Below are positions 52,702 to 57,987 of a stretch of 57,987 nt of DNA, piece by piece; position 1 is the first letter of the stretch; each line of letters opens with the position of its first letter. The notes under the pieces were generated by a model, which was not told where the DNA came from, made no database searches, and saw only the letters and a program-made list of their open reading frames with translations. The stretch comes from Intoshia linei. Its lineage: Eukaryota > Animalia > Orthonectida. Position numbers and translations under genes: made by a program. The stretch lies in the NCBI GenBank assembly GCA_001642005.1, contig LWCA01000082.1:1-57987 (forward strand), read 5' to 3'.

Positions 52702-54578
52702 ATGTTTACATTAAGTATAAATTTATAAAATCCTTCTATAATATTTAAAAATTGGCTGTTATACTTTGTATGGCTGTGTGCATCAGCATAGTGGGTAAAT
52801 AATTTAAATATATATGCATTGCCGTGATAGGAAGACTTTTTAGTTGGTCTGTCAAAAAAATGTTTGCTGTTTTCTTTTTTAGTTGCGTGTCACTTTTAAA
52901 TGATAAATAATTTTAGGTACTTTTACGTGTGTATTTTGCTTTTATTACACACTTTTGAATTATTACACTGGTGACAAGTATGTCATATTCTTGCCATCAT
53001 TGCCCTAATGTATATTTATCTCTATCAAATTATAATTTAATAACCTAATATATATAATATGAACCTAACAATTATTATTTAAGAAAGTGTACTACAGAAT
53101 GAAGTTAACATTGTATCCAACTGTGTCAAGTATGTAGATGGAAAGTGTTCTGATTGTAGAACTCATTATGGACTGTTGAATAATAAATGCTACCGTATGC
53201 CTTATTTTGGGGATTTATAATTATATTTAGCTTGTGAGGATAGTTCTTGTTTAAATTGCAGTCAATACAAATGTCTACAATGCGTGGTTGGTTATGGAAT
53301 TAAAGGAAAATATTGTTTCGGTTAATTATATATTATGAATGTTTTAATGTTTATTAGATTGTAATATATCACACTGTATTTCATGTTATCTAAAACGTTA
53401 TTGTAGTGAATGTGAACATGGATATGGACGATTTTATGGTTTCTGCTATAGTATTTATTTCATTTTAATGAATCAATTAATGATTGCATAATGCAAACTA
53501 CTTTATTATTAGACACCTTGACTGTTAAGTAGGGTAGCGTCACAGTGTGGAGGGGTGTGGTCCTTTCTTAGTATTGATGATGGCTTCCCAAACTTAATTT
53601 GTCTACCCTCCCCTTTTTAGCAATATATTTTTTTACGCCCCCTTGAAAAAATGTACTTAATAATTATTATTGCATAATTAAAGTGATTATGAGATATTTC
53701 CAAAGTCCATGTTTAATAATAAAGAAAATTATATATTTATTGTCGTGTGGGCAGACGACGATCGCCGTGACACGACATTTTAAAATTATTTCAATAATGT
53801 AATTCTCTCTTTCCTACATTATCTGCCTCACTCTACTATTTTCAGCTAAATAATTTTATATAAGTAAGGATGTATATAATATTCATTTAAATATTAATTA
53901 ATTGATAGAATGCTCTTTTTCAAATTGTTCGGATTGCAATAATAAGTATTGCACAAGATGTTATCCAGGGTACGGCATAGATGCATTTGGAAATTGTAGA
54001 AGTAAATCGCTACTTATGTTTATTATTACTTATTTATTTAGAATGTATGATTGGAAAATGTTCTTTTTGCAAAGGAAGCATTTGTTATAAATGTTTACCT
54101 AGTTACTATCTTAAAGCCAATTATTGTAACGGTATTACTAATTATTATTTAATTATGAAATAAATTAAGCATATTATAATTTCCAAAGTATGTAAATTGA
54201 TAGATTTTAAAGATGTACAAAAAATCATGATTATATTGATGAATTAATTTAATATGAAACGGGGAATTATTTTAGTAAAAATTGAGGGTAGTCATAAAAA
54301 AAATTTCTGATCTCTTTATTGAATTATTTTGTCGGGCACAGTGTGCACACCTGACTGGTGAACCGATTAATCCATTTGCCATGTATAATGTGTGTATTAT
54401 GAATACATTGGGTTTAATAAATTTACGTTTAGCATGTCACACTGGATGCATTGACTGTATGCAAATTACTGTTATAATTGCAAAAATGGATATAATAGAA
54501 TCAAAGGAATTTGTTACAGTAAGATTAATACATTTTTATTATTTTATCATACATATTAATAACATTTTAGGAGTATAA
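52702..54578 (+). CDS. Secreted cysteine-rich CxxC-repeat protein (furin-like/VSP-like repeats), possibly a recent pseudogene
   Basis: Signal-like MFTLKLAVILCMAVCISIVES from exons 52702-52714 and 52750-52794. One repeat per phase-1 exon follows: 53084-53194, 53231-53320, 53358-53450, 53909-54001, 54042-54131, 54433-54518; the last exon is 54571-54578. Consensus Cx4Cx2Cx4-5Cx2Cx2GYx5-6C. Confidence 0.75.
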
Positions 54579-54645
54579 AGATAGCTATATTTTTCCAAAT
54601 ATGTAGTTATTATTAAACATTACTCAACGTAGTTCTTAAATTCTT

Positions 54646-55580
54646 TACTCATATAAAAAAGAATGTTTGTGTGTGTGACCATTTATTTATTTATTTATTA
54701 TTATTACATTTATTGAAAAATTGACAGTCGAGAATTTAAAAAAACCCAATTTCTAATACTGTTTTTACCAGAGCGTGTTTTTATCTATTTTTGACTTTCA
54801 GAATTTGAGTCCTTCATGGTCAAAAATACAATTTTCCCTTTTGTTTAAAAAAAAATCAGCCCAACAATGTAATTAAACATACATTCTGAGACACATTTTA
54901 AAATTATTCATATTGTAGTTAATCTTAGCCTCAGACACGCATATCTTCATGGTCAAAACCACAAATTACTCTTTGCTTTAAAAATAAAACATGTCCTAAA
55001 ATGTTATTAAACATAAATTCTGGGATAGTTTTTAAAATCATAAACATTATAATAAATGGAAACCTCAAAAAAAATAATTTTCACGATCAAAACTCCACAT
55101 TACTTTTTTTTAAATGAAAACACCCCTAGAATTAAAAAAATTACACATGGTACAGTTGTATCCTGTTAAGACACACAAATAATTTCAATCTGAATAGGTG
55201 ACGCCTTTACGGTCAAAAAAGTACTTTAAAATTCATTTTTTTTATTTCGAAACTATTTTATTAACAGAAAAATTGAAATAATTAATAGTTCTACAATTAA
55301 AAAAAATATTAGTCGGATAGATATTATTCCATTTAATATAAATACCAAAGTTCAATACCAGAAGTCTATCTATTCCGGTGAAAAATAATTTTTAATATAT
55401 TATCAACCAATATTTTTCAAATGTTGGATTAAAATGAAAAAGTAAAATAATCATCCTACCTTTCAAAAAAATGTGCATTGAACGTCTACACTTTTCCAAT
55501 GAAGAAATATGGATGAAAATCTATATAATTCATTCATTCGAAATTTTTTTCATTGCTACGCAATTTTTAAATTTCAAATT
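54646..55580 (+). mobile_element. Helitron-like interspersed repeat, third copy
   Basis: Same TGTTTGTGTGTGTG head, GGTCAAAA subrepeats and 3' block as the 49587 copy. Further partial copies lie at ~43870-44075 and 57915-57987. Confidence 0.65.
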
Positions 55581-56127
55581 ATCATTTTCAAAACATTTTG
55601 TTTCAAATTTTAACTACAACAACGAAACTAAAAGTAATACAACTTTGTTATTATCATTTTTATATTTATTACAATCCTTTGCAATATTGATAAAATTCGA
55701 CTGAAATGTTTATAAATTGAAGATTCAGTTAATTATTGATACACAATTGGTATTTTTAAGTATTTATTAAATTGATACTGAATATATATTATCACATTGA
55801 AAATAAGAAAATAGGTTTTTAAAATTTTATTTTTTCTGGAATTTATGCTATTTATGACTATTTTTAAGATTGAACTGTTTTAACTTTATTTTTAATATTA
55901 TACACACATTCTGTCTAATAAATTAAAAAAATAGGATAACAATTGTTTTTAAAATGCTTTACACAAAAGTGAACAAAACAAAATTAAGATGGAATAATTC
56001 TCTTCAAAGTAAAAAGTAATGTGATATGATGGTTCCACCTGAAACAAGTTTGGAAATTACTCCTTTGAAGGATTTTTAAATTAGATTTTCAACGTGAATT
56101 TATTTTTTAAGTTTAATAAAAATGTGC

Positions 56128-56533
56128 CCTCGGCAGAGCTAGGTAAAAATTTACGAGCTAGGTCCTGTTTGTACGTAGTGTATAACAGTCAACCTACAAT
56201 TAGTAGTAACTATTATAATAGTATTCTGAAAAGTTTTCAGTAAAAATATAGTCACAAAACGTACATACAATATACATTTTTATATATTTATTATTTAAAT
56301 ATATCTTTTTTCTTGTGGATCCTTATTTGAGAAAAATAATAATTCAGGACTCCTGATTAATCGAAAATAAAATCTGTTTTTGGATTATTCGCATTTTTTC
56401 AAATCATTCTAATAGAAACATTTATTTCATTTCATATTTCATAATTAAGTACGAAAATTAAACAAATGTATACAATTAATTACAGCTTGAATGCTACGTA
56501 CTTCGTAAAAGCAGTACCTAGCTCTGTAGAGGT
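56128..56533. mobile_element. MITE with CAGAGCTAGGTA inverted repeats
   Basis: CCTCGGCAGAGCTAGGTA versus TACCTAGCTCTGTAGAGG. Confidence 0.55.
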
Positions 56534-57654
56534 GCTTTTAATTCTACCAAAAATATATATAGTATATTTTACATATAAATGCTACTGTTCACTATTTCCA
56601 ATCATCTCAATGAGTGGTTCCTGAACTTGTTTCAACATTTTTTAATGCGTTTTTTTAATTGAACTTTTTTTCCACCACCCATATGAAATATCGATATTTA
56701 TAGAGAAATTCATCTATTTGAATGGGGTCTGAACGTATTGTCATGCACTGGAAATGTATATTAGAACCTAAATCCTCGACAGAACTAGCTACTGTTTGCG
56801 TGAAATACATCATAGACAAGCTAGTAATCAGGTAAAATATGATTAATCAATATCGAGACAACGACACAGTGATTGAGAGACATGAAATGGAATCATTGTA
56901 ACAATAACAAAAAATGACATTGTTTGCAAATTAGGTTACAGTTGAAATTGATTTGAATTTATGTATTTACGAAAAATGTTTATAGTAAATATCCTTAAGT
57001 TAGTTATTTTGTGGGTAGGACTATTGGTTACATGTATTTCAGGTATTTTATAGTAATTTTGTATGTATAAATCATGTACTGTATTGTGTTTACTTTTCGA
57101 TTTTGATTAAATCACACGACAAAAGGAACTAAAAAACAATTTAAACCTACATTTTAACAAAATTTTGATCTAAATACATATAAAATATATATATACCAGC
57201 GTGGGACTATTTTTTTCCAATTTCATTGAGAAATTTTCAATTAATTAAATTTGTACATGAAATGTTTGTTTATTTTTATAATTAAAAAATTATAAAATTA
57301 GTACTTGATAGGATTAATGTTTTCCGTCATTTTAAATGTGAATCAGCTCCGTTGTCTATTTTTTGCAATTTTTATGTTTAATAAAACGTCTCATAGCATG
57401 GTATCGTGAATTGTTTTAATTAACACAGTAGTCGTTGATATAAAGCACACCATTTCGATAAAGGGTTTAAATCCTTGTGAAAATGAATACTATGAATAAT
57501 TAGTGTATTATGATAATTACTAATTTTGTTATATTTTTGACATTTCAGATAGACTTGAAACTGAAATTTCAACGGTTATTGGGATCATTGCAATTTTTTG
57601 ATATACATATGTAGTATATAAATTGGGTTAAATTTATATGGTGTTTTTATTTAG

Positions 57655-57839
57655 GTTTTAGTGACAAGGTTGAATTGGCAAATGTACCTGTTTTGACTTT
57701 TTCAAAAGGTATGTACACTAGCGGACGCCGCTCCAAACCTTTATCACAATTAAAATGCATTTCTGGTGCATGTGAGACGCGATTTATGCCACATTCTGTA
57801 CAATGTTATAATCGTGGGGCGTCTTACAATGATATTAAC
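57655..57839 (+). CDS. SARAF: Store-operated calcium entry-associated regulatory factor (TMEM66), partial; runs off the window
   Basis: Exon FSDKVELANVPVLTFSKGMYTSGRRSKPLSQLKCISGAC...PHSVQCYNRG...DIN matches the SARAF luminal domain pattern T.RR..P.PQLKC.GG...P..QC.NKG. 5' exons unresolved. Confidence 0.85.
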
Positions 57840-57987
57840 GTAATTTTTTTTATATCTTAGACCCGATTTTGATTTAATTTTAATATAAAATAATCAAATC
57901 AATTGAGTTAATAATTAAGCCCCAAAATTACCTTTTTTTTAATGAAAACAGCCCTAGAATTTAAAAAAATTTACAGATGGTACAGTT

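Noticed and set aside
57549-57630. TGA reassigned to Trp (would also fix AR*MSK in the transposase)
   Set aside because: Intact genes use TGG for Trp and PIG-S ends in TGA. The lesions are better explained as mutation or error.
1-57987. CRISPR arrays, rRNA, tRNA, prokaryotic operons
   Set aside because: None recognised; the sequence is intron-containing eukaryotic DNA.

Overview
Very AT-rich eukaryotic (animal) genomic DNA with many tiny GT-AG introns (about 27-50 nt), tightly packed genes and introns full of DNA-transposon debris. The architecture suggests a reduced invertebrate parasite genome such as an orthonectid; this is inference, not verified. Manual splicing recovers genes the ORF track misses or fragments: DYNLL/LC8, a CCPG1-like LIR-TM-coiled-coil protein, Bax inhibitor-1 (TMBIM6), CREBL2, a Ki-67-like FHA/PP1-docking protein, an NPAT-like LisH protein, NDUFC2, PIG-S, a secreted CxxC-repeat protein (with two apparent lesions) and the 5' part of SARAF. 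The most striking observation is in the apparently gene-free first 16.5 kb. A putative signal-peptide exon is followed by about 14-17 micro-exons of 3-24 nt, each a multiple of 3 and all in phase 1, which splice in frame into a QMPGMMP-repeat terminal exon. This is the architecture of a schistosome-style micro-exon gene (MEG). A second, weaker micro-exon series lies at 4.9-9.0 kb. All exon models are read from splice signals by eye and need RNA-seq confirmation.
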